Shown here one piece after another: positions 18,678 through 28,210 of a stretch of DNA of 64,000 nt (position 1 is the stretch's first letter; the number at the start of each line of letters is the position of its first letter). A program made the translations under genes and the position numbers. The DNA comes from Candidatus Ratteibacteria bacterium (lineage in GTDB: Bacteria; Ratteibacteria; UBA8468; B48-G9; DTJG01): assembly GCA_041656495.1 (NCBI GenBank), contig JBBADJ010000002.1:139839-203838 (forward strand), read 5' to 3'. A model generated the notes under the pieces. The model made no database searches. It saw nothing but the letters and a program-made list of their open reading frames with translations, and was not told the DNA's origin.

Positions 18678-19805
18678 TTATCCTCCCAGCAAAAACCGTA
18701 CTGATTCCCTTGCCTTCGCATCTGCTTCCATCACATCTTCCACAGAAGTAATATGGCCGGGAATATGACGTTCAAGGGCTTTTTCAATTAAGACCGGTAT
18801 ATGTGAAAATGTAATTTTGTTTTCAAGAAAAAGCGTAACAGCAACTTCATTGGCGGCATTGAGAACCGTGGGAAACGACATCCCTTTTTCAAGAGCTTGA
18901 CGCGCAATATGAGGAGAAGGAAACCGTTCTGTATCCACAGGAGAAAAGGTAAGGGAACGAGATCTCTGAAAATCTAAAGGAAGAAGTCCATCGCAAGATG
19001 CCGCGCGAAGAGGCCAAGAAAGACAGTATGCAAGGGAATATTTCATATCGGGCAGAGAAAAAACCCCATGCATAAATCCATCTGAAAAAAAGACCATACC
19101 ATGTACAAGCGCCTGAGGATGAAGAAGAATGTCTATCTTCTCTGAAGAAAGATCAAACAGGTACGCGGCTTCTATCATCTCAATCCCTTTATTCATCAAT
19201 GTAGCGGAATCTACCGTGATTTTTTTTCCCATCTTCCATACAGGATGATCTAAAACCTGCTCTATGGTTACAGAATCCATATTTCCGGTATAATTGTAAA
19301 GAGCGCCACCAGAAGCGGTAATTGTAATGCGTTCCGCGGAAGTTCGTTCTCTAGCGAGAATCTGAAAGATTGCATTGTGTTCACTGTCTGCAGGAAGAAT
19401 TTGTGCACGCCACGGAAGCAAAAGAGGCCAGGCAGAGATAATAATTTCCTTAGTGGCCATGACCACAATTTTACCCTCGGAGAGCGCACGAAGTGTTGCG
19501 GAAAGTCCCGTAAGACCCGGAATCGCCATCACCACCACATCCGGATTACTCTCCTCCACCACCTTTTCTAAAGCATCAGAACCTGAAAAAAAACGCGTTT
19601 GAGAAAATTCTCTTTCTAAAGATTCATCATTTACAGGAAGCGCCGCGCATAAAGGAGAAAACTCTCTTATCTGTTCCCCAAAACCTTGATATCGGTATCC
19701 TGCCGCAAGCCCGCATACAGTAAATTCCGATGCCATCATACGGACCACCTCAAGCGTAGTACAGCCAATACTTCCCGTAGACCCAAATATCGCCACCTTC
19801 TTCAT
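18678..19805 (-). CDS. dxr: 1-deoxy-D-xylulose 5-phosphate reductoisomerase
   Basis: MKKVAIFGSTGSIGCTTLEVV NADPH-binding N-terminus and full-length Dxr similarity. Confidence 0.92.
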   Translation of the reverse strand: MKKVAIFGSTGSIGCTTLEVVRMMASEFTVCGLAAGYRYQGFGEQIREFSPLCAALPVNDESLEREFSQTRFFSGSDALEKVVEESNPDVVVMAIPGLTGLSATLRALSEGKIVVMATKEIIISAWPLLLPWRAQILPADSEHNAIFQILARERTSAERITITASGGALYNYTGNMDSVTIEQVLDHPVWKMGKKITVDSATLMNKGIEMIEAAYLFDLSSEKIDILLHPQALVHGMVFFSDGFMHGVFSLPDMKYSLAYCLSWPLRAASCDGLLPLDFQRSRSLTFSPVDTERFPSPHIARQALEKGMSFPTVLNAANEVAVTLFLENKITFSHIPVLIEKALERHIPGHITSVEDVMEADAKARESVRFLLGG

Positions 19806-20479
19806 CCCAACCCTCCGAACCGTCTCTTCCTTCGGCTATACTCTCTACAAGCCTCTTCAAGAGAGTTCTCGTTAAAATCAGGCCATAAAACTTTGGTAAA
19901 ATAGAACTCCGCATAAGCAGAATGCCACAGAAGAAAGTTGCTGATACGTTCTTCTCCCGCAGTCCTTATAATTAAATCTACTTCAGGAAGATCCGGCATA
20001 TACATATAATCTTCTAACCGAAAATCTTCGCGGGGATTCTTCGCCATAAGGTTTCGTATGGCATCAAGGATCTCCTTTCTACCACCATAGTTAATTGCAA
20101 AAACAAGAGTAATACCCTTATTCTCCGCGGTCCTCTCAACAATAGCGCTGGCAGTCTTTTGAAAGCGTTCGGGAATACCTTCGCGGCTTCCCAAAATACG
20201 TACTCGCACCTGTTCCCTCTGAAGATGCTCTTCTTCCTTCACAAGAGCCTCCTCCATCAGGGAAAAAAGAAATCTTACCTCGGCAAGAGGTCGTTTCCAA
20301 TTCTCTGTTGAAAAGGAATAGAGTGTAAGCCACTGAATTCCAAGGTCTTTTGCTTTCGTAAGAACCTTTTTAACCGCACCAATACCTTGCTTGTGCCCCT
20401 CAAACCTTGGCAGGCCTTTGGCGACTGCCCAACGGCCATTTCCATCCATAATAATTCCCACATGTGCTGGTCCGTTCAC
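19802..20479 (-). CDS. uppS: Undecaprenyl diphosphate synthase (cis-prenyltransferase)
   Basis: HVGIIMDGNGRWA signature, 225 aa. Confidence 0.92.
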   Translation of the reverse strand: MNGPAHVGIIMDGNGRWAVAKGLPRFEGHKQGIGAVKKVLTKAKDLGIQWLTLYSFSTENWKRPLAEVRFLFSLMEEALVKEEEHLQREQVRVRILGSREGIPERFQKTASAIVERTAENKGITLVFAINYGGRKEILDAIRNLMAKNPREDFRLEDYMYMPDLPEVDLIIRTAGEERISNFLLWHSAYAEFYFTKVLWPDFNENSLEEACREYSRRKRRFGGLG

Positions 20480-21189
20480 AATGTAAAATCCTCCCCGAAA
20501 TAGACCTGTCTTCCCTCTCTATTTTTCAATAATTCTTCCGGAGAACCCTGCGCTATAATCGTTCCCCGATAGATAAGGTATGCCCGATCCATAATACTCA
20601 AAGCATCGCGAACATTATGGTCGGTAATAAGAACTCCGGCTCCACGGTCCCTTAACTGACGGACCATCTTCTTGATCTCCGAGACTGTCTTCGGATCAAT
20701 CCCTGAAAACGGTTCGTCAAGAAGGAAATATTTTGGATTGTTGATAAGGCCCCTCGCAATTTCAAGGCGTCGTTTTTCGCCTCCGGAAAGATGAGCCGCC
20801 ATCGTATTTTGAAGCTCTAAAAGTCCCATTGTTTCAAGAAGAGCAAGAGCGGTTCTTTCCTGTTCCGTAGGAGAAGGAAAAAAACTTTCAAGAATAATAA
20901 GAAGATTTTCAAGTACGGAAAGACGGAGAAAAAGAGCGGGTTCTTGAAATAGATAGCTTACTCCCATACGTGCCCTCATATAAACAGGAAGACGGGTAAG
21001 ATCTTTTCCATTCACTCGCACCATACCCTGATCCGGAGAAACAAAACCCATAAGAATATTAAAACTGGTCGTTTTTCCTGCGCCATTAGGTCCAAGAAGT
21101 CCCACTACCTCGCCGGGTTCAAGAGAAAGGGAGAGATCTTCAACCACCCTCCTTCCGCCAAAGGTCTTTGCAATATGCACCGCTTCAAG
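20476..21189 (-). CDS. lptB: LPS export ABC transporter ATP-binding protein LptB
   Basis: Near-colinear match to LptB ([30 protein letters not shown] ... [13 protein letters not shown] ... YFGEDFTL); start trimmed to MLEAVH, abutting the ruvB stop. Confidence 0.85.
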   Translation of the reverse strand, partial: LEAVHIAKTFGGRRVVEDLSLSLEPGEVVGLLGPNGAGKTTSFNILMGFVSPDQGMVRVNGKDLTRLPVYMRARMGVSYLFQEPALFLRLSVLENLLIILESFFPSPTEQERTALALLETMGLLELQNTMAAHLSGGEKRRLEIARGLINNPKYFLLDEPFSGIDPKTVSEIKKMVRQLRDRGAGVLITDHNVRDALSIMDRAYLIYRGTIIAQGSPEELLKNREGRQVYFGEDFTL

Positions 21190-22225
21190 CATTGGTGAAA
21201 AGGCCCTCTGACCCGGGTGTAATCTTAAGGTGTTCATATGCAAGACGTGTGGCGATCCTTCCCTGCGGCGTTTTATCAAGGAACCCTTCCTGCACAAGAT
21301 AGGATTCATAGACCTCTTCAATAGTATCGGATTCTTCTCCCACCGCGATAGAAAGACTTTTTAACCCCACAGGACCTCCATTAAACTTAAGAATAATGGT
21401 TTCCAATATCCGTTTATCCATTTCATCAAGACCACACGAATCAACCGACATCTTATCCAACGCAAAACAGGCAATCTCTTTGGTAATGGTTCCTTCTCCC
21501 TTAACCAGCGCATAATCGCGTACTCTACGAAGTAAACGGTTTGCTATTCTCGGCGTAGCACGAGAACGCCGCGCAATTTCAAGCGCTCCGTCATCATTCG
21601 TTACCACACCAAGAATTCCCGCGGAACGAAGAATAATGGAAGAGAGTTCTTCTACGCTGTAATAATCTAGTCTGCTCACAATACCAAACCTGTTTCTTAA
21701 TGGAGAAGTAAGCAAACCTATACGTGTTGTCGCACCAATAAGGGTAAATGGCTTCAGGGGAATTTTCAAAGATTTTGCTTTGGGTCCCTCTCCCAACATA
21801 ATATCTATTGAATAATCTTCCATTGCACTGTACAGATATTCTTCTACCTGACGCGGAAGACGATGAATTTCATCAATAAAGAGAATATCGCCCTTTTCAA
21901 GATTGGTAAGCATCCCGGCAAGATCCCTTCCCTTTTCAATGACCGGACCCGAACTTGATCGGATATTAACCTCTAAAGCATGAGAAATAATATAGGCAAG
22001 CGTTGTTTTTCCAAGACCCGGCGGACCATATAACAAAACATGGTCTAACACGTCCTTTCTCATTTTTGCGGATTCAATAAAAATAGAGAATGTCTCTTTT
22101 AATCGGTCCTGTCCCACAAACTCCTCAAAACTTCCAGGCCTAAGGGTGTTTTCAAAGACAATTTCATCCGGACCTAATAACGATGAACTAACCTCTTCAT
22201 TCTCAATAATCTGATCTTCTTCCAT
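21185..22225 (-). CDS. ruvB: Holliday junction branch migration helicase RuvB
   Basis: AAA+ Walker [10 protein letters not shown], RuvB sensor and winged-helix regions. Confidence 0.95.
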   Translation of the reverse strand: MEEDQIIENEEVSSSLLGPDEIVFENTLRPGSFEEFVGQDRLKETFSIFIESAKMRKDVLDHVLLYGPPGLGKTTLAYIISHALEVNIRSSSGPVIEKGRDLAGMLTNLEKGDILFIDEIHRLPRQVEEYLYSAMEDYSIDIMLGEGPKAKSLKIPLKPFTLIGATTRIGLLTSPLRNRFGIVSRLDYYSVEELSSIILRSAGILGVVTNDDGALEIARRSRATPRIANRLLRRVRDYALVKGEGTITKEIACFALDKMSVDSCGLDEMDKRILETIILKFNGGPVGLKSLSIAVGEESDTIEEVYESYLVQEGFLDKTPQGRIATRLAYEHLKITPGSEGLFTNA

Positions 22226-22226
22226 A

Positions 22227-22808
22227 TTACATCCTCTTTAAAACCTCCCGAAGGAACTGTTCAAGAGGTATTTCTTTTTCAGAAAGAGTCTGAAAAACTT
22301 TTGAGGCAACCTTCGTTGCCTCGGATTTTCTGTATCCAAGAACCACAAGGGCTTCTACCGCATCACGAAGAAATCCTCCTGGCTTATCCATATTTGACAA
22401 TTCTATTTTCTCAATACGATCCTTTAACTCCACCACGATTCTCTCTGCGCTTTTTTTCCCCACACCAGGAGTTTTTCGAAGATACTCCACATCCTCCGCC
22501 ACAACTGCACTGCAAAGTTCCTGCGGTGTAAGGTTTGAAAGAATTCTCAATGCGATGCGGGGACCAATTCCAGGAAGAGTAATCAGCATATCAAAAATGG
22601 CTCTCTCTTCCTCTGTTGCAAATCCAAAGAGTTCCTGAGCATCGTTTCTAACAATATGGCGGGTATAAATAGTCAGACGCGCGCCTTCCGCGGGAAGTTG
22701 TTTTGAGGAAGAAAGAGAAATGTTCACACGGTATCCCACTCCCGCTACTTCTACACATACTTCCATAGGAGATTTTTTTACCAATATACCAGAAAGAAAG
22801 GATATCAT
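22227..22808 (-). CDS. ruvA: Holliday junction DNA helicase RuvA
   Basis: OB-fold N-terminus, HhH motifs ([11 protein letters not shown]; [10 protein letters not shown]), 193 aa. Confidence 0.92.
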   Translation of the reverse strand: MISFLSGILVKKSPMEVCVEVAGVGYRVNISLSSSKQLPAEGARLTIYTRHIVRNDAQELFGFATEEERAIFDMLITLPGIGPRIALRILSNLTPQELCSAVVAEDVEYLRKTPGVGKKSAERIVVELKDRIEKIELSNMDKPGGFLRDAVEALVVLGYRKSEATKVASKVFQTLSEKEIPLEQFLREVLKRM

Positions 22809-23293
22809 CGCAGACCGATCCTTTCATAAAAATCTCTATTCATATAATATCCAATCGCCGCGGCAAGCGCATCCGAGGCATCCCATGGCAAGGATTCCTT
22901 AATACCAAGAAGTGTCTGTACCATAAACCCAATCTGATCTTTTGTGGCAGAACCACTACCAGAAACCAATTTTTTAATCTCTCCCGGCGCTAAAAACGCG
23001 ATGGTTGCGCCACGCGCGAGTACTGTACCCGCCATAACCCCTGTCGCGATTCCAATATTCAATGCTATCTGGGTATTCTTTGCGAGATAAATCTTTTCTA
23101 TGGCAACCGCCTCAGGTTGATGGCATTCAAAAATCTCTTCAAATTTTTTTGCAATAACCGCAATCTTCTCTTCAAAGGAAAACTTTGCGTTGATAAGAAT
23201 TTCACCCCATGCCTTCGCCCGAAGAGAAGGGACAGATTCAATGACTCCGAACCCAAAATGGTTCAATCCAGGATCAATACCGAGAATTACCAA
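22805..23293 (-). CDS. ruvC: Crossover junction endodeoxyribonuclease RuvC
   Basis: ILGIDPGLNHFGFGVIE RNase H-fold start; 162 aa. Confidence 0.92.
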   Translation of the reverse strand: MVILGIDPGLNHFGFGVIESVPSLRAKAWGEILINAKFSFEEKIAVIAKKFEEIFECHQPEAVAIEKIYLAKNTQIALNIGIATGVMAGTVLARGATIAFLAPGEIKKLVSGSGSATKDQIGFMVQTLLGIKESLPWDASDALAAAIGYYMNRDFYERIGLR

Positions 23294-23295
23294 TG

Positions 23296-24045
23296 TTATT
23301 GAGAGACCTGTTCAATCAGTTCGTCTGGAATATCAAAGTTAGAATAAACATTCTGGACATCATCATGTTCTTCCAGTTCATCAAGCAGTTTAAGAAGTTG
23401 TTCCGCCTCTTTTCCCTCCACCCTTACATAATTTTTGGGAATAAGAGTTACCATCGCACTTTCAATCTGAAGCGCATTCTCTTCTAAGGCTTTTTTTACT
23501 GTCTCAAGAGATTCCGGAGCGCATAACACTTCATACTCATCCTCTTCAGTCTGAAGATCATCCGCGCCAGCATCAAGAACAATACCCATAAGAGTTTCTT
23601 CATCGGTAACAGATTTTTTAAGAATGATCTGTCCTTTTCTGTCAAAAAGATAAGCCACACACCCGGACTCTCCTAAATTTCCATTGTGCCGACTGAAAAA
23701 AGAACGAATTTCAGCGGCGGTTCTCCGTTTATTATCAGTTAAAATATCCATAAGAACCGCTACTCCGCCGGGACCATATCCTTCATAACTGGTATGTTCC
23801 AAAATAAGGGCGCCGTCTTCACCGGTACCTTTTTTAATAGCACGCGTAATATTATCGTTCGGCATATTAATTGCCTTTGCGCGGTCAATCGCCACCGCAA
23901 GACGGGGATTATTTTCAACATTACCTCCACCGGTCTTCGCCGCCATCATAATTTCACGAATAAGTTTGGTAAAGGCTTTGCCTCGTTTTGCATCTGTAGC
24001 CGCCTTTTTATGCTTGATACTTGCCCACTTAGAATGACCGGACAT
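23296..24045 (-). CDS. yebC: YebC/PmpR family DNA-binding transcriptional regulator
   Basis: MSGHSKWASIKHKKAATDAKRGKAFTKL signature N-terminus. Confidence 0.93.
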   Translation of the reverse strand: MSGHSKWASIKHKKAATDAKRGKAFTKLIREIMMAAKTGGGNVENNPRLAVAIDRAKAINMPNDNITRAIKKGTGEDGALILEHTSYEGYGPGGVAVLMDILTDNKRRTAAEIRSFFSRHNGNLGESGCVAYLFDRKGQIILKKSVTDEETLMGIVLDAGADDLQTEEDEYEVLCAPESLETVKKALEENALQIESAMVTLIPKNYVRVEGKEAEQLLKLLDELEEHDDVQNVYSNFDIPDELIEQVSQ

Positions 24046-24060
24046 ATTTACCTCCTGTTA

Positions 24061-24588
24061 TTATTTCCGCTTTAATTCCTTCCAAAACTCCTTCGCACTC
24101 AACTGTGCGAGACGCCGCTTAAATGCGTTTGCCTCGGCTTTGCCAATAGGCTGTTCAAAAGTGTCCGTAAAGAATAATTCTCCTTCTTCTATGGAAATCC
24201 TATCAGGCGAAACAAGAAGTTTTTTTGCGACATAAAGCGGCGCTCCTGCGTACAAAGCAATTGCAATACCATCGCTGGGACGGCAATCTATGCGCAATTC
24301 AGGATTGTTCCCTTGTTGAAGAAGAAGACTGGCAAAATAGATGCCTTTACGAAGGGAATGTATCTCAAGACGAAGAATACGCGCACGCAATGCCCGTACA
24401 AGGGTATGGGTGAGTTCATAGGGAAAAGGACGAACGCTCTTTTCTTTTTGCAGAACCATATAAATGGAATGAGTTTCAAAAACTCCTATTACGATAGGAA
24501 GAACATACCCACGCTCGTCCTTCAAGATCACTATTGAAGCACTCGTTTGCAGGTTCAGAACAACTCCTTCTACCTCTACTTTCATCAT
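24061..24588 (-). CDS. Bifunctional nuclease (BFN/DUF151) family protein with short UVR-like C-terminal tail
   Basis: VLPIVIGVFETHSIYMVLQ...RPFPYELTHTLV...DCRPSDGIAIAL pattern of BFN domain. Confidence 0.6.
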   Translation of the reverse strand: MMKVEVEGVVLNLQTSASIVILKDERGYVLPIVIGVFETHSIYMVLQKEKSVRPFPYELTHTLVRALRARILRLEIHSLRKGIYFASLLLQQGNNPELRIDCRPSDGIAIALYAGAPLYVAKKLLVSPDRISIEEGELFFTDTFEQPIGKAEANAFKRRLAQLSAKEFWKELKRK

Positions 24589-24590
24589 AT

Positions 24591-26606
24591 TCAGCTCTTT
24601 TCTGCCTCCTTCTCAGCTTTCCGTGCGCTCAAAACCTTTTCAGCAAGATGGTTGGGAACCTCCTCATAATGCGCAAGCTGAAGCGAATATGCGCCGCGTC
24701 CACTGGTAAGGGAGCGAAGTTCTGTAGCATAATTTGAAATTTCAGAAAGCGGTATCTGCGCCTTGACTATCTGAGATGCACCATGTGCAACCATATCAAG
24801 AACTCTTCCGCGTTTTGCGTTTACCGTGCCAATAATATCACCAGTAAACTCTTGAGGGACAGTAACCTCTACATTCATAATAGGTTCAAGAAGAACAGGA
24901 TTGCCCGCTGATACCGCCTTCTGTAGCGCCATAGCTCCGGCAACCTGAAAGGCGATATCCGAAGAATCCACCGGATGGTAAGAACCATCGGTCAACCTAA
25001 CCCGAATATCTACCACCGGATATCCCGCGAGAACGCCTTTTGACATAGCATCTTTAACACCTTTTTCTACAGAAGGAATATATTGACGGGGAATCGCACC
25101 TCCCACAACCTCGTCGGAAAATTCAAAACCCGAACCCCTCGGCAAGGGTTCAATAATAATCACCGCATGCCCATACTGACCATGCCCACCAGTTTGTCGC
25201 TTGAACTTTGTATCTGCATCCGCCCGTTTTGTGATGGTTTCTTTATAGGCAATCCGAGGAATTCCTTTCACTACCTCCACTCCGAATTTTTCCTTGAACT
25301 TGTTCAGGGTTACATCAAGATGTACATCTCCCATACCGGCAATAATCGTTTCTCCGGTATCATTATCTCTAAAGACCTTTACTGTACAGTCTTCTTCTGA
25401 TATTTTCGCTATTGCGTTTCCAAGTTTATCTTCGGTTCCTTTCACCTTCGGAGAAAGAGAAAAAGAGAGTGCGGCTTCTGGTACAGAGGGTAAAGAATAA
25501 AGAAGAACCTGCGAAGGATCGCAAAAGGTTTCAAATGTATTAAACCCACTCAATTTCGCCACTCCCACAATCTCGCCAGGACCCGCTTCCGTAGCAGGTT
25601 CCTGTTTCTTTCCTTTAAATCTGAAAAGTTGCCCGATCCTCTCTTTTGTCCCTTGAGAAGCATTCATACAGGAAAAGTTTGCGGTAAGTTTTCCTGTCAA
25701 GACCTTCAAATAAGAAATACGTCCCATAAATGGATCAAAATGTGTCTTAAAGACTATCCCTGAACAAGGCCCAGTTTCCTCGCGAACAACCTCTATATCT
25801 TCTCCCTTTGAATCTTTCGCTCCCATAGGAGACATTTCAATAGCCGAAGGGAAATATTCAACCATACAATCCAAAAGTTCCGAAACTCCCAAAGAAGAAA
25901 TTCCAGAACCGCAAAGAACAGGAACAATCGCTCCCTCCACAATCCCCTTCTTAAAAGCAACAACTTTCTCTTCCCGAGTAAGAGGCTCTCCTTCAAGATA
26001 CTTCTCCATCAAAGAGTCGTCTACCTCGGCAATAGAGTCAAGAAGATGGCTCACATACTTTCCAACCAAAGGATCAGAAGGATCTGCGTCAAACAGGTTA
26101 AGAATCTTCTCTATCTTTCCATCCTTCTTTTCTGGAAAAGTAAAGAGAACCGGCTTATTCCCAAGCCATTCGCATACATTTCCCCAGATCTTCTCAAAAT
26201 CGTGATCCGTATCGCATTTGTTCAGAAAAATCGCAAATGGAATTTTTCTATCTAACAATTGCGTATATGCCTTTTCTGTTCCCACCTCCACTCCATTATC
26301 CGCGGCAATATTAAGAACCGCGCAATCCACTGCGACCGAAGCGGAAATTTGTTCACCGACAAAATCCATATATCCCGGAACATCTACCAAACAACAGGAA
26401 AATTTATTCCATGTAAAGGAACTTATAGCAAGATTTACACTCATTAACCTTCGCTTTTCTTCATCCTCATAATCAAATGTGGTATTTCCCTGATTAATAT
26501 CTCCCATTCTGTCTATAGTGCCTGACTTCAAAAGAATTGATTCACTCAAAATGGTCTTTCCCGACTTACTGTGTCCAAACAATCCAAAGGTATGTATTGA
26601 TGACAT
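24591..26606 (-). CDS. Elongation factor G paralog (EF-G-like translational GTPase)
   Basis: Five-domain EF-G architecture, 671 aa. G1 motif GHSKSGKT, G3 DVPGYMDF and G4 NKCD are all shifted from the canonical fusA sequences (AHIDAGKT / DTPGH / NKMD). SD AGGAGG and a TATAAT element lie upstream. Confidence 0.8.
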   Translation of the reverse strand: MSSIHTFGLFGHSKSGKTILSESILLKSGTIDRMGDINQGNTTFDYEDEEKRRLMSVNLAISSFTWNKFSCCLVDVPGYMDFVGEQISASVAVDCAVLNIAADNGVEVGTEKAYTQLLDRKIPFAIFLNKCDTDHDFEKIWGNVCEWLGNKPVLFTFPEKKDGKIEKILNLFDADPSDPLVGKYVSHLLDSIAEVDDSLMEKYLEGEPLTREEKVVAFKKGIVEGAIVPVLCGSGISSLGVSELLDCMVEYFPSAIEMSPMGAKDSKGEDIEVVREETGPCSGIVFKTHFDPFMGRISYLKVLTGKLTANFSCMNASQGTKERIGQLFRFKGKKQEPATEAGPGEIVGVAKLSGFNTFETFCDPSQVLLYSLPSVPEAALSFSLSPKVKGTEDKLGNAIAKISEEDCTVKVFRDNDTGETIIAGMGDVHLDVTLNKFKEKFGVEVVKGIPRIAYKETITKRADADTKFKRQTGGHGQYGHAVIIIEPLPRGSGFEFSDEVVGGAIPRQYIPSVEKGVKDAMSKGVLAGYPVVDIRVRLTDGSYHPVDSSDIAFQVAGAMALQKAVSAGNPVLLEPIMNVEVTVPQEFTGDIIGTVNAKRGRVLDMVAHGASQIVKAQIPLSEISNYATELRSLTSGRGAYSLQLAHYEEVPNHLAEKVLSARKAEKEAEKS

Positions 26607-26611
26607 GTATG

Positions 26612-26631
26612 CCTCCTAAAAATGTATTATA
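26612..26631 (-). promoter_or_regulatory. Shine-Dalgarno (AGGAGG) and -10-like TATAAT upstream of the EF-G paralog
   Basis: Minus-strand reading gives ...TATAAT acatttttAGGAGGcatacATG. Confidence 0.4.
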
Positions 26632-26706
26632 CCACTGAAAGATGAAAGAAAAAAGTAGAAAAAAGCGCAGACACTCACTGCAAGAACATAAAGAAAGAAT
26701 AAAAAA

Positions 26707-26830
26707 TGCCCCTGGCAACACCTACTCTCCCGTTCACTCTCGTAAACAGTACCATCGGCGCTGGAGGGCTTAACGACCGTGTTCGGGATGGGAACGGGTG
26801 TGGCCCCTCCGCCATGATTGCCAGAGGCAA
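26707..26830 (-). rRNA. rrf: 5S ribosomal RNA
   Basis: The reverse complement contains the conserved 5S loop and helix blocks CCCGTTCCCATCCCGAACACGG…GTTAAGCCC…AGCGCCGATGGTACTG…GGGAGAGTAGGT, and closes a 12-bp helix I between its 5' UGCCUCUGGCAA and 3' UUGCCAGGGGCA ends. About 123 nt. No 16S or 23S gene is adjacent. Confidence 0.9.
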
Positions 26831-26978
26831 TAATAGTTTATATATATTTTTTTTTTTGTCAAATACCGAAAAAAAAACTCTCTTCTTATATGGCAAAAAG
26901 ATGAATGTTACCGGGTTCCGATGAAAGGTTCTTTCTCTCTTCATCGCTTATCTCCCGCGAGAAATTACCATTTGAATA

Positions 26979-27587
26979 TTATATAAAAAGAATAATCGCC
27001 GCCACTCCCGCGCCAAATGCGCCCACTCCAATACAAAACCCTTCAACACAGTGGCGAATCGTATGTCTTCCCCGATAAATTCTTGCCCATGCGGTTGCAA
27101 GCGCAAAAGCTAATACGGGAAAAAACCAGGAAGGGAAAAAAAATGCGCACGCCATACAAAGCCCGCCAAACATCGTACAATGAAGACTTACTTTTACAAA
27201 ACGACTCCTGTAGGCTACTAACAACAAGGCAATGATATAACTCAATAAAAGAATAAGAAGAGAAACTGATTCGCCCATCTTAAGGATAATCATAAACGCG
27301 ATAAGAGCAAAAACAGAAGAAAGAAGAAGAAAACGTGGGCGTTCTAATTTGTCACGCATGTGAAGATCACTGATAAAACCAAGCTTTTTCATGCCAATAG
27401 CCGCAAGAATCGGCAAAAGAGTTCCGCATACAAAAAGAATAAGAAGAATAAAGGGAATATTCTCTTTCTGCGAAGTAAAACGTATTCCTAAAGGAAGAGA
27501 AAAAGCAAGACTTGCAAGAAAGGGTGAAAAAAGAAAAGAAAGAATTGCCGCGAGAGAGTTCTTGAAAGATTTTAATGGTATATTCAT
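26979..27587 (-). CDS. Polytopic membrane protein, PAP2 (acid phosphatase / lipid phosphatase)-like
   Basis: Six predicted TM segments. Degenerate PAP2 motifs (HMRDKLERP resembling KxxxxxxRP with K to H; VSLH; ARIYRGRHTIRH resembling SRxxxxxHxxxD). Low-confidence family call. Confidence 0.35.
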   Translation of the reverse strand: MNIPLKSFKNSLAAILSFLFSPFLASLAFSLPLGIRFTSQKENIPFILLILFVCGTLLPILAAIGMKKLGFISDLHMRDKLERPRFLLLSSVFALIAFMIILKMGESVSLLILLLSYIIALLLVAYRSRFVKVSLHCTMFGGLCMACAFFFPSWFFPVLAFALATAWARIYRGRHTIRHCVEGFCIGVGAFGAGVAAIILFI

Positions 27588-27627
27588 TCAGGTTCCTGTA
27601 TACAACGATCCAGAAAGAAGTTTGTAC

Positions 27628-27689
27628 AAAAAAAATCCCTCTCCAGAATATCTTCAAAAACCAGAAGTTTCCCGGAGAGGAATTTTTTG
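27628..27689. terminator. Bidirectional intrinsic-terminator-like hairpin flanked by A-run and T-run
   Basis: CCTCTCC (27638-27644) pairs with GGAGAGG (27674-27680); preceded by A8 (a U-run on the minus strand, downstream of the small lipoprotein gene) and followed by TTTTTT on the plus strand. Confidence 0.4.
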
Positions 27690-27695
27690 AAAAAT

Positions 27696-27860
27696 TTACT
27701 GAGCCTCGGCTTCCGGCGCCTCTTCTGCCGGTACCTCCTCAGGCATTGTCTCAACACTTTCATCTTGCATCATTTCAGGTGCGGGTGCGGGTTTTTTGCA
27801 TCCGGATACCATCAATACAAATATCATCGCTCCAAGAACAATCCCTAACAGCTTCTTCAT
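27696..27860 (-). CDS. Small acidic, proline-rich lipoprotein (54 aa precursor)
   Basis: Strong SD (AAGGAGGTG) 7 nt before the MKKLLGIVLGAMIFVLMVSGC lipoprotein signal peptide with lipobox; mature part is KKPAPAPE...EEAPEAEAQ. Confidence 0.55.
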   Translation of the reverse strand: MKKLLGIVLGAMIFVLMVSGCKKPAPAPEMMQDESVETMPEEVPAEEAPEAEAQ

Positions 27861-28210
27861 CTCATTCACCTCCTTCTCTCTTTTCAGCAAAGCATTGAAT
27901 AGATAGTACAGTAAAGATCTACGATAATTGTTGTGATCCTTCAGGTATCGTATGCGATTAGTATAAAAACCGTTTAGAATCAGATTGCATTGTATCCTGA
28001 AAGAACTCTGACGTCAAGAAGTAAAATCACATCATGCGAAATCTCTATCTACAATATCCATTATTACTCATCTTTTTGATTCGTCTTCTATTTTATGAAA
28101 CAATATCAGTAATGAATATAGTGGTTAGCTGAATCAAACTTTTTCCCGCATCAACAGAAATAATAGAAAAAATATTCTTACAAACTCTTCTTTTATCACA
28201 GGAGGAAAGA

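Noticed and set aside
20476-21321. Apparent 137-nt overlap between the lptB ORF and ruvB
   Set aside because: The conserved LptB sequence begins at MLEAVH (21189), four nt past the ruvB stop. The upstream extension is a spurious in-frame read-through.
26675-26944. ORFs on both strands (89 aa and 72 aa) spanning the 5S rRNA region
   Set aside because: They overlap a bona fide 5S rRNA and flanking poly-A/T tracts. Translations are low complexity. The RNA gene explains the sequence.
27891-28210. Searched the long intergenic region, and the regions upstream of the pilus genes, for sigma-54 (TGGCAC-N5-TTGC) promoters
   Set aside because: No GG-N10-GC match with acceptable flanks found by eye. 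The pilus operon instead shows a sigma-70-like element.
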